Source: a virus (taxonomy: Duplodnaviria; Caudoviricetes). From it: DNA of 61,254 nucleotides. Made by a program: the position numbers and the translations under genes. Location of the stretch: positions 1 to 61,254 of the IMG/VR virus record IMGVR_UViG_3300023440_000007. One strand, written 5' to 3'. This document shows positions 1 through 8,470 of this stretch, one piece after another (position 1 is the first letter of the stretch; the number at the start of each line of letters is the position of its first letter). Under the pieces are notes generated by a model. It ran no database searches and was not told the DNA's origin. It was given only the letters and a program-made list of their open reading frames with translations.

Positions 1-337
1 AGAGGCTGAGAGCCTTCTGCCTGATCTCTAGAGGATACTTCTGTAACTGAGAAGACTTTACATATTTCCTTGAGCCTCTGTTATTAGAGACTCGGATGAA
101 CAGCCTCCAAGAAGTTGAACCGACACCCTGACCAACTTTATTGACGACGGCCCTGAGCCACGGCATACTATTATAGCTCTTCAAAAGCTCAGTCGTCCCG
201 AGCCTTGGAGGCGTGCTCTTACTTCCTATGAAAGAGACGCTTCCAGATGGAGATATAGAAAGCCCAGCTCCAGAAGCCTTTGAAGAACGTCCAAAGACGT
301 TAGACAATACTCTAGAGAAGAAATTCTCTTTTGCCAT
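1..337 (-). CDS. Probable portal protein, N-terminal part (runs off the left edge)
   Basis: Hand translation from ATG at 337: MAKENFFSRVLSNVFG...SYNSMPWLRAVVNKVGQGVGSTSWRLF, open to base 1; resembles the N-terminal helix of HK97-type portals. Confidence 0.55.
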   Translation of the reverse strand, partial: MAKENFFSRVLSNVFGRSSKASGAGLSISPSGSVSFIGSKSTPPRLGTTELLKSYNSMPWLRAVVNKVGQGVGSTSWRLFIRVSNNRGSRKYVKSSQLQKYPLEIRQKALSL

Positions 338-419
338 GATCTACTGATGCATTCCAATAGAATCGTTCTTTGCAGTATATCTTAACACAATCAGTATGCC
401 AATCGTTATGGAGAATTAA

Positions 420-761
420 ATGTTTCTAGACGCGAAAAGGAGATGGCTGAAAGCACTGGAATCTGGGAACTACAAAAAGGGCCGGTATGGATTACGGACT
501 AGAGACACATACTGCGCCACAGGAGTATTATGCGACATCTATAGAGCTTATATAGGAGGAGAATGGGTAGAATCTAAGAAGAATTCTGGTATGTTCAGAC
601 TGAACGTAAAAGGTCAATATTACATATCGTACATACCAGAGGAGATATTAGAACTTACTGGGCTGAGCAAAGAAGACGTAGACATGATACAAAAGATAAA
701 TGACAGCAGCGAAGACGAAGACTTCAGCCAGGCAATAAGATACATTAAGAGCATGCTCTAG
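420..761 (+). CDS. Conserved-looking phage hypothetical protein
   Basis: 113 aa; W..AL.SG.Y..G...L....YC..GVLCD pattern; GGAG RBS. Confidence 0.75.
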   Translation: MFLDAKRRWLKALESGNYKKGRYGLRTRDTYCATGVLCDIYRAYIGGEWVESKKNSGMFRLNVKGQYYISYIPEEILELTGLSKEDVDMIQKINDSSEDEDFSQAIRYIKSML

Positions 762-762
762 C

Positions 763-790
763 AAAAAAGATGGGGCCGAAAGGCCCCATT
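763..790. terminator. Intrinsic terminator between convergent genes
   Basis: AAAAAAG-ATGGGGCC-GAAA-GGCCCCAT hairpin with U-tract on the minus strand. Confidence 0.8.
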
Positions 791-910
791 AAGTTTACAG
801 GGAGGCTTGTAGGTAGGACACCTACAGACGGGAGAATCCGCCTCTGATGAGAATACAATACACCGAGAACTACACAACCGCAAGACTATATCTCTGTGCG
901 CTGCACCTCC

Positions 911-1093
911 TCAGTAGCTTGCTGAGAAAAGCGATGTGTGGATGCAGCATAGGCCAACAATGCATGACAAGCCCAAGAAGCCTATGCTGCTCGCGGACCC
1001 CACACAAGCCCGGAAAGGAGTCTTGAGCTTGATCCAAGCACCTGCAGAGGACACATATAAATACACAAGCAAAATCCGTTCTGTGAAGAACAA
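911..1093 (-). CDS. Small hydrophobic protein
   Basis: 60 aa, two hydrophobic stretches; abuts the upstream minus-strand ORF. Confidence 0.5.
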   Translation of the reverse strand: MFFTERILLVYLYVSSAGAWIKLKTPFRACVGSASSIGFLGLSCIVGLCCIHTSLFSASY

Positions 1094-1411
1094 CTATAGT
1101 CTTTCATATTCTTCGTCGTCAGAAGGACCGCCCGTCACTTCCAAAAAGCTCCTAAGAGAATCATTCTCTATGTCTTTCATGCATCTTATGACGCACTTCC
1201 AATAGACGTCTCCTTCCTGAGTAGTAAAATACGGTCTGAAAGGAAACCTCACATATGAGAACTCTCCAACATACTTCTTTGTAGAAGACATATATCTATC
1301 GACATATACCATCTTCTTATAAGACGGTACTCCGACCATGTGCCCACGTTTGTCCGATAAGTCCTTTATGTTGGAGAACATCATACCTCCTGAGTCGGAT
1401 AAATTTTCCAT
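1094..1411 (-). CDS. EG-x2-YW paralog family protein
   Basis: FPFRPYFTTQEGDVYWKCV. Confidence 0.75.
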   Translation of the reverse strand: MENLSDSGGMMFSNIKDLSDKRGHMVGVPSYKKMVYVDRYMSSTKKYVGEFSYVRFPFRPYFTTQEGDVYWKCVIRCMKDIENDSLRSFLEVTGGPSDDEEYERL

Positions 1412-1563
1412 CCTTTCCTACCGCAATATCCTATCAACCATTTCATGTCCTTACCTATAGCCCACTTCAGTATTGGAGCTGCGTCTATGATCTCATCATT
1501 GTCCGACACAATTATGCCAGCACAGAAATATCCAGAATCTACTGTTATTACTGACTCATCCAT
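1381..1563 (-). CDS. Phage hypothetical protein
   Basis: 60 aa, YFCAGIIV...AAPILKW; in the minus-strand operon. Confidence 0.7.
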   Translation of the reverse strand: MDESVITVDSGYFCAGIIVSDNDEIIDAAPILKWAIGKDMKWLIGYCGRKGWKIYPTQEV

Positions 1564-1585
1564 AGAACTGACAATTTTCTCATAT

Positions 1586-1661
1586 TGGCCCTCCCTCTAG
1601 GATTCGAACCTAGAACCTACGGTTTAGAAGACCGTTGCTCTATCCATTGAGCTAAGGGAGG
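1586..1661 (-). tRNA. tRNA-Arg (anticodon TCT)
   Basis: Cloverleaf: acceptor CCTCCCT/AGGGAGG, anticodon arm ACGGT-CTTCTAA-ACCGT, T arm CTAGG-TTCGAAT-CCTAG, encoded CCA. Confidence 0.95.
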
Positions 1662-1903
1662 AAGAGTTCTCTAATAATAAGGAATGAATCTGACCTAATT
1701 CCATGAACATTAATCCTATCAGCGCTGAATATAGACTTGACAACCTGCTGCCAATACATATGGCCTTCACGAGTCTTCCTTAGAGAAAATGGGAACACTG
1801 CTCCAGATACAGACGTCCTTTCATCAGATGTAAAAGGCATATAGTGGACCTTGAAAGTCTTCAAGACTTCAGGACTATCATATAGCAATGAAAAGCTTCT
1901 CAT
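1652..1903 (-). CDS. EG-x2-YW paralog family protein between the two tRNAs
   Basis: FPFSLRKTREGHMYWQQV. Confidence 0.75.
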   Translation of the reverse strand: MRSFSLLYDSPEVLKTFKVHYMPFTSDERTSVSGAVFPFSLRKTREGHMYWQQVVKSIFSADRINVHGIRSDSFLIIRELFLP

Positions 1904-1979
1904 GGTGCCCGTCCTGGGACTCGAACCCAGACTTGCGAGATTTTAAGTCTCGCTCCTCTGCCAATTGGGATAGACGGGC
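1903..1979 (-). tRNA. tRNA-Leu (anticodon TAA), short variable loop
   Basis: Acceptor GCCCGTC/GACGGGC, anticodon arm CGAGA-CTTAAAA-TCTCG, T arm CTGGG-TTCGAGT-CCCAG, CCA. Confidence 0.9.
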
Positions 1980-1984
1980 ATTAA

Positions 1985-2236
1985 TCACCACTTGTCTACC
2001 CTAACAAGATACGCATTAGGAGAATTGGAAAAGAATCTCATCCTACTTATATCAATCATATTTGTCATACTATACAGGACGCCTGACCAATAGTCAAATC
2101 CCTCAACCGAGTCTTCCAAGGAGAATGGACAAACAATCGTATGAGTCTCCCTGAGGTCGAAATTGACAAATCTAAATACTCTAGACCTGATCATTCTTTT
2201 ACGACTATGAGTCCATCTCTTCATGGAGCTACCCAA
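1985..2236 (-). CDS. EG-x2-YW paralog family protein
   Basis: CPFSLEDSVEGFDYWSGV. Confidence 0.75.
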   Translation of the reverse strand: MGSSMKRWTHSRKRMIRSRVFRFVNFDLRETHTIVCPFSLEDSVEGFDYWSGVLYSMTNMIDISRMRFFSNSPNAYLVRVDKW

Positions 2237-2493
2237 TAGTACAAATACTCATCCACATCTTTCATTTCAACGATCCTATACTGTGCACCTAGAAATCTAG
2301 AAAATACTTCTAGCCAATATGTCTCACCTTCATTAGAAGTAACTATTGGAAAAGGAGACAATACGAAGTACTCAAATCCATTGGGCGGGGAAGAAGTGCA
2401 TACTATATTCACTGTCTGATACATGTATATGTTCAATACGGATTCTATCTCTCTAAGAGATGAATAAAATCTTCTTTTCTTACAAGAATCCAT
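2221..2493 (-). CDS. EG-x2-YW paralog family protein
   Basis: SPFPIVTSNEGETYWLEV. Confidence 0.75.
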   Translation of the reverse strand: MDSCKKRRFYSSLREIESVLNIYMYQTVNIVCTSSPPNGFEYFVLSPFPIVTSNEGETYWLEVFSRFLGAQYRIVEMKDVDEYLYYWVAP

Positions 2494-2713
2494 TAGAACA
2501 CAAACAAAAGAATACTCTCTTCCAGTATTGCTTACCCTCTCTCAGGACGTCTATGTAAAATGGCAGATTAATCTCTCTGTAATAGTATCTTCTAGCATCA
2601 TTTGTGTCCTGCTCATAATAGCAGAAGACCGGGACATATCTATTCCTTCCTATAGGCTTTCCTCTAACATGAGAATATTCATATCTAACTAATTCATTAC
2701 CCATCAAAAACAC
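2480..2713 (-). CDS. EG-x2-YW paralog family protein
   Basis: LPFYIDVLREGKQYWKRV. Confidence 0.75.
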   Translation of the reverse strand: MFLMGNELVRYEYSHVRGKPIGRNRYVPVFCYYEQDTNDARRYYYREINLPFYIDVLREGKQYWKRVFFCLCSNGFL

Positions 2714-2916
2714 CTCTCCCCTATAGAGTCAAAGACATAATACCAATATGAATTGCCCTCCCTGGAAACATTAGAGGAAAACGGAGCCAGATGCGAATTC
2801 TTCCTATTGATAGGCTGCGCAGGAATTGCAATGAATCTGCGACCGTCTTTATAGATTATCCAATACTTCCTGCCATGCATATAGACTTTCTTTAAGACCT
2901 TTGTCATATCAAACAT
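2704..2916 (-). CDS. EG-x2-YW paralog family protein
   Basis: APFSSNVSREGNSYWYYV. Confidence 0.75.
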   Translation of the reverse strand: MFDMTKVLKKVYMHGRKYWIIYKDGRRFIAIPAQPINRKNSHLAPFSSNVSREGNSYWYYVFDSIGERCF

Positions 2917-2920
2917 CCAA

Positions 2921-3118
2921 TCAAAAAATCAGATAACAAGCATCCCTACTGATGTCTGAGATAGACCTGAAAACTGAGTTCCAATATAAATTGCCTTCCC
3001 TTGTGATAGAAGAATCGAATGGAGCCGATACTGATTCTATATATCTGTAATCACTTCCTCTGTCTATACCCTTCCTATGATATCTGATCATAAGAATTGG
3101 AGGAAAAGTCTCACTCAT
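2921..3118 (-). CDS. EG-x2-YW paralog family protein
   Basis: APFDSSITREGNLYWNSV. Confidence 0.75.
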   Translation of the reverse strand: MSETFPPILMIRYHRKGIDRGSDYRYIESVSAPFDSSITREGNLYWNSVFRSISDISRDACYLIF

Positions 3119-3297
3119 CTAGTGAGACTAACCCTGGAAAAGTCTATCATCTCAGAGTCATTTCTATAAGCTATTATAGAGAAAATGTGATCCCAATATG
3201 ACCTGCCCTCTCTAGTGAGATTGATATCAAAAGCAAGGTATGGATACCTATAAACTATGTGATCCTTATGTATTACCGTAGACATCGAAACGGTCAT
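3115..3297 (-). CDS. EG-x2-YW paralog family protein
   Basis: LAFDINLTREGRSYWDHI. Confidence 0.75.
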   Translation of the reverse strand: MTVSMSTVIHKDHIVYRYPYLAFDINLTREGRSYWDHIFSIIAYRNDSEMIDFSRVSLTR

Positions 3298-3500
3298 CTA
3301 TTGGGGTATGATTGTCTGATAGAAAGAGTGCATTGGCCGTATTTGAGTATAGTCTCATGCTCATCAATCTCTGTAAGAGAATGAAAGACGTGCTTCCAAT
3401 ACCCATCACCTTCTACAGCCAGACTTATATCGAAAGGAATCTCATAGCTTTTGTATAGAAATCCACCAGATGAGACTTCCTTTTTAGTCCATGCGAACAT
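3294..3500 (-). CDS. EG-x2-YW paralog family protein
   Basis: IPFDISLAVEGDGYWKHV. Confidence 0.75.
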   Translation of the reverse strand: MFAWTKKEVSSGGFLYKSYEIPFDISLAVEGDGYWKHVFHSLTEIDEHETILKYGQCTLSIRQSYPNR

Positions 3501-3560
3501 GAGAACAAACTCTTCACAATATCTACAGGATATACGACTGCAAAACCAAGTCTGTGCAGA

Positions 3561-3836
3561 TTATGACTCTATATGATCATAATATACAGAAGATATATGA
3601 CGCATGATACGCTCTAAGTGATGATTCAGATGAAGATAGGAATAATCTGGCAGACTCCTTAGAACATATCTCCAATAGTACTTGCCTTCTTGGGCTCTGT
3701 CCATAGCGAATGGAAGCCTGAGCCCTCCTCTGAAATCAAACTTGTTTATTGCCGGTCTGTTGTCAACGAATATGCAGACGTGGGTTCTCGCACCGTTAGA
3801 GTATGTTATATACATGGACTTCTTGTATTTCTTCAT
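3561..3836 (-). CDS. EG-x2-YW paralog family protein
   Basis: LPFAMDRAQEGKYYWRYV. Confidence 0.75.
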   Translation of the reverse strand: MKKYKKSMYITYSNGARTHVCIFVDNRPAINKFDFRGGLRLPFAMDRAQEGKYYWRYVLRSLPDYSYLHLNHHLERIMRHISSVYYDHIES

Positions 3837-4090
3837 GAAGATTCCCTAAGATCGAAAAATCTATTGCAGAGTTGTAGGATATCCAAGTCGTAGAGTCTTA
3901 TGAAGACATACTTCCAAAATAGAGGATGCTCCCTGCACAACCGAAAATCGGCAGGGATATACACTTCATCGTATACGACCTGCTGTTCATCTATGACTAT
4001 GAGCACAGGCTTTGAGTACTCTGTCGTATACTTCTCCATCTCTATGGAGTATGAGAAGAAAGACCTCTCAAGCCTGTGGTTGCTTATCAT
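3833..4090 (-). CDS. EG-x2-YW paralog family protein (divergent)
   Basis: ADFRLCREHPLFWKYV. Confidence 0.65.
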   Translation of the reverse strand: MISNHRLERSFFSYSIEMEKYTTEYSKPVLIVIDEQQVVYDEVYIPADFRLCREHPLFWKYVFIRLYDLDILQLCNRFFDLRESS

Positions 4091-4292
4091 CAGTATTCAT
4101 CTTCCTATGTATGCGCCAATAGACCTCTAGCCAGTACTCTGCTCCTTCTCTGAACATATTATATCCAATCCAATTCATCCAGTCTATGGGAATATTCACA
4201 TTATCATGCACATGATCAGAGATATAGCTCTCAAGCTCCTTGTCCATACATTCTGGGATATAGGAATAGTCGTCTAACTTTACCCATCTCAT
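4068..4292 (-). CDS. EG-x2-YW paralog family protein (WRIHR subgroup)
   Basis: FREGAEYWLEVYWRIHR. Confidence 0.75.
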   Translation of the reverse strand: MRWVKLDDYSYIPECMDKELESYISDHVHDNVNIPIDWMNWIGYNMFREGAEYWLEVYWRIHRKMNTDDKQPQA

Positions 4293-4477
4293 ACTTCTAG
4301 TATCTTCTTATATCTGATGAAGACTTGTCTCCAATAGTCATCTCCTTCACGCGTCCTGGCATATGCGAATGGAGTGACCGCCCATAGCTCCCATGACCCC
4401 AGCTTATCTGCAAGACCTACGAACACGCTTCCTTGAGGATTGATATAGGATATATGTGAACAGAAATGCTTCTTCAT
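4289..4477 (-). CDS. EG-x2-YW paralog family protein
   Basis: TPFAYARTREGDDYWRQV. Confidence 0.75.
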   Translation of the reverse strand: MKKHFCSHISYINPQGSVFVGLADKLGSWELWAVTPFAYARTREGDDYWRQVFIRYKKILEV

Positions 4478-4499
4478 ACATAGTCTCCATATGTAGAAA

Positions 4500-4745
4500 T
4501 CAATTCCTCTGAGATATGAAAGTCTGTATGTCTTGGATCTCCCTTTCTATGATCTTACCTGTTACGCATAACCAGTACTGAATGCCTTCTCTGGATCTAG
4601 CAGGTAAGAATGGGAATAGAAGATCTTCGCTCCAATCTTCTCCATAATATGTAAAGAACGTCTCAGATTTGTGCTCGCTGCGCCAGAAGAATCCAGCATA
4701 GTCTACCCTCCCATCTGATAGAATCTTCTTGACTATCGTTCTCAT
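4500..4745 (-). CDS. EG-x2-YW paralog family protein
   Basis: FPFLPARSREGIQYWLCV. Confidence 0.75.
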   Translation of the reverse strand: MRTIVKKILSDGRVDYAGFFWRSEHKSETFFTYYGEDWSEDLLFPFLPARSREGIQYWLCVTGKIIEREIQDIQTFISQRN

Positions 4746-4799
4746 GATCCAGATCCAAATTTTATTTGTGTGAAATTTCCTAGAAAATAGATGCCCTCC

Positions 4800-5009
4800 T
4801 CAGGTTCTCGCTATGCGTCTATATAGATACCCTAGCCTATTCTGACCTGTAATGCGGTAGATCCTCCTGTAAATGCAATCCCAGTACTTTGGACCTTCCC
4901 TGGAAAAGTCGGGAACGAATGGAGAATAGATCACTCCTTCCCCTAAATAGATTGGACAAAGACTAGGACTCTTCCTGAGCCTATCGTCTAGAGGCTTGAA
5001 TTTTATCAT
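4800..5009 (-). CDS. EG-x2-YW paralog family protein
   Basis: SPFVPDFSREGPKYWDCI. Confidence 0.75.
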   Translation of the reverse strand: MIKFKPLDDRLRKSPSLCPIYLGEGVIYSPFVPDFSREGPKYWDCIYRRIYRITGQNRLGYLYRRIART

Positions 5010-5056
5010 AGAGTCACTGCTTCAACGCTCTGACTTATTGAATAGATCTGTCCAGC

Positions 5057-5386
5057 TCAATCCCCAGAACTCTTCCCCTTATCATCCTTTTTCTGTTGTT
5101 GTCGAACTTCACCAATGACCCAGAACGATGACCAGTGACACGTGAATCTGTTGAATGCGACACAGTGATAGGCTTTATAGCCGTCTTTTGCGACATATTC
5201 TTTCCAAAACCTTATCTCATTGACTTTCTTGAACAAATCTTGTTTAATTTCAACATCTTCTACATATCTGAATTTATACGGTTCAAGCCAGATCCAATAC
5301 TCTCCTATCTTCACTGGAATCACAGCGTATCTATGTATGTATTCCTGTCTAGTAGACCTCTTCTTTACTTCAGCCTTGAATCTCAT
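5057..5386 (-). CDS. Hypothetical protein
   Basis: 109 aa, overlaps its neighbour in the operon. Confidence 0.65.
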   Translation of the reverse strand: MRFKAEVKKRSTRQEYIHRYAVIPVKIGEYWIWLEPYKFRYVEDVEIKQDLFKKVNEIRFWKEYVAKDGYKAYHCVAFNRFTCHWSSFWVIGEVRQQQKKDDKGKSSGD

Positions 5387-5600
5387 CTCTCATTCCCAAG
5401 AGCCTATGAATCCTCCAATACACATCAGACCAATATTCACTGCCTTCTCTGAACCTGCATACTCCGACCAGAGCTATCCAGTTTATGTAGCCACATGCAT
5501 CAAATCTGTGAGAATCGACGTACTGAGCAAGGTCTTCATCTTGACTGTAGAATCTATATTCAGAATACCCAGATTCATTTATTTCCATTATCCACTTCAT
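5370..5600 (-). CDS. EG-x2-YW paralog family protein (WRIHR subgroup)
   Basis: FREGSEYWSDVYWRIHR. Confidence 0.75.
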   Translation of the reverse strand: MKWIMEINESGYSEYRFYSQDEDLAQYVDSHRFDACGYINWIALVGVCRFREGSEYWSDVYWRIHRLLGMRDEIQG

Positions 5601-5793
5601 TCAAGAGCCTGTGAATCCTCCAGAATACTTCAAGCCAGTATTCCCATCCTTCTCTGAATTTCTCATATCCTACCGCCGCTATCCATTCTGCATATTCACA
5701 TCTCTCATATCTGTTCTTTTTGACGTATTCATCCAACTCCGCATCATTGGAATGCGGATCATATAGAGCAGATCCAGTTTTTACCCACTTCAT
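5575..5793 (-). CDS. EG-x2-YW paralog family protein (WRIHR subgroup)
   Basis: FREGWEYWLEVFWRIHR. Confidence 0.75.
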   Translation of the reverse strand: MKWVKTGSALYDPHSNDAELDEYVKKNRYERCEYAEWIAAVGYEKFREGWEYWLEVFWRIHRLLNEVDNGNK

Positions 5794-5844
5794 TTATAAG
5801 ATATATTCTCTAGATCTATGTCCTAGGATAATATTTTACAGAAC

Positions 5845-6730
5845 TCAGAATATTTCCATAAAGGATTTTATGAACTCTACTGCGACCTGCGGCACGATCG
5901 CGTTCCCATAGGCGCGCAGTCGTCCCACTCGGTTGGGTATCCCATGAGCCAGCGGGAATGAGCCGGGTTCAATACGTCTCGCTTTTCCGTCTCTGCACCA
6001 TACGAGTTCGTACTCGTCCCAGAAACCAGAGTTACTTGCATACTTAGGGGTTTCCCTCTTCTTTGTTTCCAGCGTCTCTGATTGAATTCGTCCGATGCCT
6101 TCTCGCTTTTGTAGTCTCTTGCCGTTGGCGTCGCCCAACCGCTCAGATCTATTAAATGAACTATGTCTTCTACTGACCATTGTCTCTTCTTTTTGCTTAG
6201 ATCCCTCTTCCTGCCTGTTTCTGTAGCGCAGGGAGTCGGCCACCCACCAAAGCCTTTGTCGGATGTGCGGCGCGCCGACGCTCGCAGCGCAGATATCTGC
6301 GGTCCCGACGGCATATCCCATCTTTTCCAAGTCAGAGCGTACTCTAGAGCCATACCCTTCCATCCTTCGAAGCAACCTGCTCTCCAAACACCGTTGGAGG
6401 TTTGCACTCAAGTATGATCTGTTTCCATACCGGCCATAGATGCCTTGGGTCTTTCTCAGCTTGTCGCTTCCCTGCGGCCGAGAACGGCTGACAAGGACAT
6501 GATCCTGTCCATACTTTCTTTCCTTCAGGCCATCCAGCAATTTCAAGCGCATAGGCCCATCCTCCTATCCCAGCAAAGAAGTGGCATTGAACATAATCAT
6601 CAAGAGCTCCAACATCTATGTCTTCTATACTCCTATTGTCTATATATCCTTCTTGTATGAGCCCTTCCTTCATCAAATTCTCAAGCCATCTACACACATA
6701 CGGATCATTGTCATTGTAATACGCAGCCAT
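5845..6730 (-). pseudogene. C5-cytosine DNA methyltransferase (two-polypeptide, overlapping-frame type) broken by a 2-nt frameshift at ~6347
   Basis: Motif I FFAGIGG, IV SCPCQPFS and VI EQV in 6344..6730; VIII HIRQRLW and [11 protein letters not shown] in 5845..6552; motif IX-like [13 protein letters not shown] in overlapping frame 5877..6407. Confidence 0.8.
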
Positions 6731-6876
6731 TGTTCAATGTCTAATCCCAATGATTACTCATTGCGTACATATTAGCCATAAATTCTCAGACTTGAGGAAA
6801 TATCTTATAGAAGAGTCTAGCACTTGAGCAATTGTATATGGAGTAAACAGTATAGGCTGGAGTCTCAGGTATATAG

Positions 6877-7002
6877 TCTCAGATCCAAGGATTCAATTCT
6901 CAAGCCTAATCTCAGATCCAAAATTTGTGTGATGGAATTTTTGTATTCTTAGTATGTGGAGTTCAATGAGTAGAGTTCTTGGTGTCAAGATCTCAGATCC
7001 AA
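6877..7002 (+). repeat. Three direct copies of TCTCAGATCCAA
   Basis: Copies at 6877, 6910 and 6991, just before the compositional switch at 7030. Confidence 0.8.
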
Positions 7003-7232
7003 AAATTTCATGAGGGGATTTTTGGGTGACCCAGGGTGTGCCAGTGCGCGCAATGCGCGCATAACCCGCCCCCCGTACCACCTATAGGCGCATAGGCCAT
7101 TGCTGCGCCTACAAGCCGCGTACACGCGCACTAGGCATTGTGCAGTACCTAGTACCGCACCAGGCCACAACGCGCACCACGCGCGCTTGTAGGGGCGTTG
7201 TGGCCATACCTAGCAGGCATGGTACAGGCACA

Positions 7233-7265
7233 ACAAAACCCCCGCGCCTACATGGTGCGGGGGCT
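7233..7265 (-). terminator. Intrinsic terminator of the 7362-7793 gene
   Basis: AAAA-CCCCCGCGCC-TACAT-GGTGCGGGGG hairpin, U-tract on the minus strand. Confidence 0.7.
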
Positions 7266-7361
7266 TGGTTTGGGTTTGGCCCGCTTACTTATGCGGGCCG
7301 GTTTGCCTTACCACTAGGCGCGCACGCCACCTAGTGGCAAGGGGCGCGCAGCATGCTAGCG

Positions 7362-7793
7362 TTACTTGTTGTAACGCTTAGCAAGCGCAGCATACACCGC
7401 GCGCGCCGCCGCTATAGTAGCGGCCAAGCTGGGCGCGGGCATACCGGGCTTGCACGCAGGCGCGTGCTTGGCCACCAGTTTAGTGGCCGCAGCAACATGC
7501 TGCGGGGCCACAAACACGGCATGGCCATGCTTGTGGTACCAGCTAAACTGGTGCCGCACGCCTGCGGCACGCCAGGCACCCTGCATAGTGGCCATAGTAG
7601 CACCGCTATGCTGCGCCAACAAACGCCCCTTTAACTGGGCGCCTGCGGCACGGTAAGGGTACCCCGGGCAAGCGCACACAACACAGTGTGCGCCCGCCTT
7701 GGGCGCTTGGGCGCTTGGCACGCCAGGCCAGGCCGCCGCAGCGGCCATAGTGGCGTAAAAAGCGCCAGGCGTGGTAGGTGCCTGCATGGGCAC
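7362..7793 (-). CDS. Early-island protein with no Asp or Glu (143 aa, Ala-rich, basic)
   Basis: GCAAGGGGG RBS shared with the neighbouring cassettes, own terminator downstream, TAA stop; no D or E in the translation. Confidence 0.7.
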   Translation of the reverse strand: MPMQAPTTPGAFYATMAAAAAWPGVPSAQAPKAGAHCVVCACPGYPYRAAGAQLKGRLLAQHSGATMATMQGAWRAAGVRHQFSWYHKHGHAVFVAPQHVAAATKLVAKHAPACKPGMPAPSLAATIAAARAVYAALAKRYNK

Positions 7794-7970
7794 AACCCCC
7801 TTGCCAATTAGTGCGCGCCGCCCCGCACCAGGCCTGGCCGCCCCGCGCGGCCAGTAAGTACACTACCACAACTACGCGCGCGTAGGCGCGCAATGTTTGC
7901 ATACCAGCCATGCAACAAACGCATACCACCTGCGGGTGTAACACACGAAAACGCAATACAACCCACAGTT

Positions 7971-8083
7971 GCACAACCACAGGTTGTGCGCCACACAACC
8001 AAAACACGTGCATACTTGCATAGGTTTGCAAGTATGCAAATGCGTCTCTCACAACTTGCGTATGTGCATAGGTTTGCAAGTAA
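7971..8083. repeat. Cluster of inverted and direct repeats
   Basis: GCACAACC-ACA-GGTTGTGC; TGCATACTTGCA-TAGGTT-TGCAAGTATGCA; GCATAGGTTTGCAAGTA twice. Confidence 0.7.
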
Positions 8084-8431
8084 GCAAGCGTGCAAGTGGG
8101 CGCAGACGCGCCGTTGACCCGACGCTTGTGTGACCGCTGGATGATTTGGACCTAGTGTGAACACTGGATGACTGAGCGCTTGTGAACTCGCTGGACGGTT
8201 CTCTCTTCTACGCTGAAGATGCCGTGAGTGAAGAGTTCCTCCTCTTCATCATCAAAGAAGATGAAGAGACATGAAGAACTCGTCTTCATCTTCTTTGATG
8301 AAGAACTCACGCACTGGAGTTAGGGTCAAATTTTTTGACAATGAACTTGTGATTCCGCTGGATGATTTGGATCAATATATATGACTAAGAGCTTGTGACT
8401 CTGCTGGATCATCTTCTTTGATACTGTACGG

Positions 8432-8464
8432 CAAAAGGGTAGCGGACTGACTGCCCGCTACCCC
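8432..8464 (-). terminator. Intrinsic terminator
   Basis: CAAAA-GGGTAGCGG...CCGCTACCC. Confidence 0.75.
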
Positions 8465-8470
8465 TGCGGC

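Larger units (their letters stand above)
7030..7946. other. Segment with no GA or TC dinucleotides
   Basis: Read base by base: GA at 7028-7029, next GA at 7947-7948, next TC at 8045-8046. Confidence 0.95.

Noticed and set aside
7140-8164. Other overlapping ORFs in the GA/TC-free block (e.g. 7606..8079, 7808..8164, 7353..7634)
   Set aside because: Absence of TGA/TCA and high GC keep frames open by chance; only 7362..7793 has the shared RBS and a terminator.
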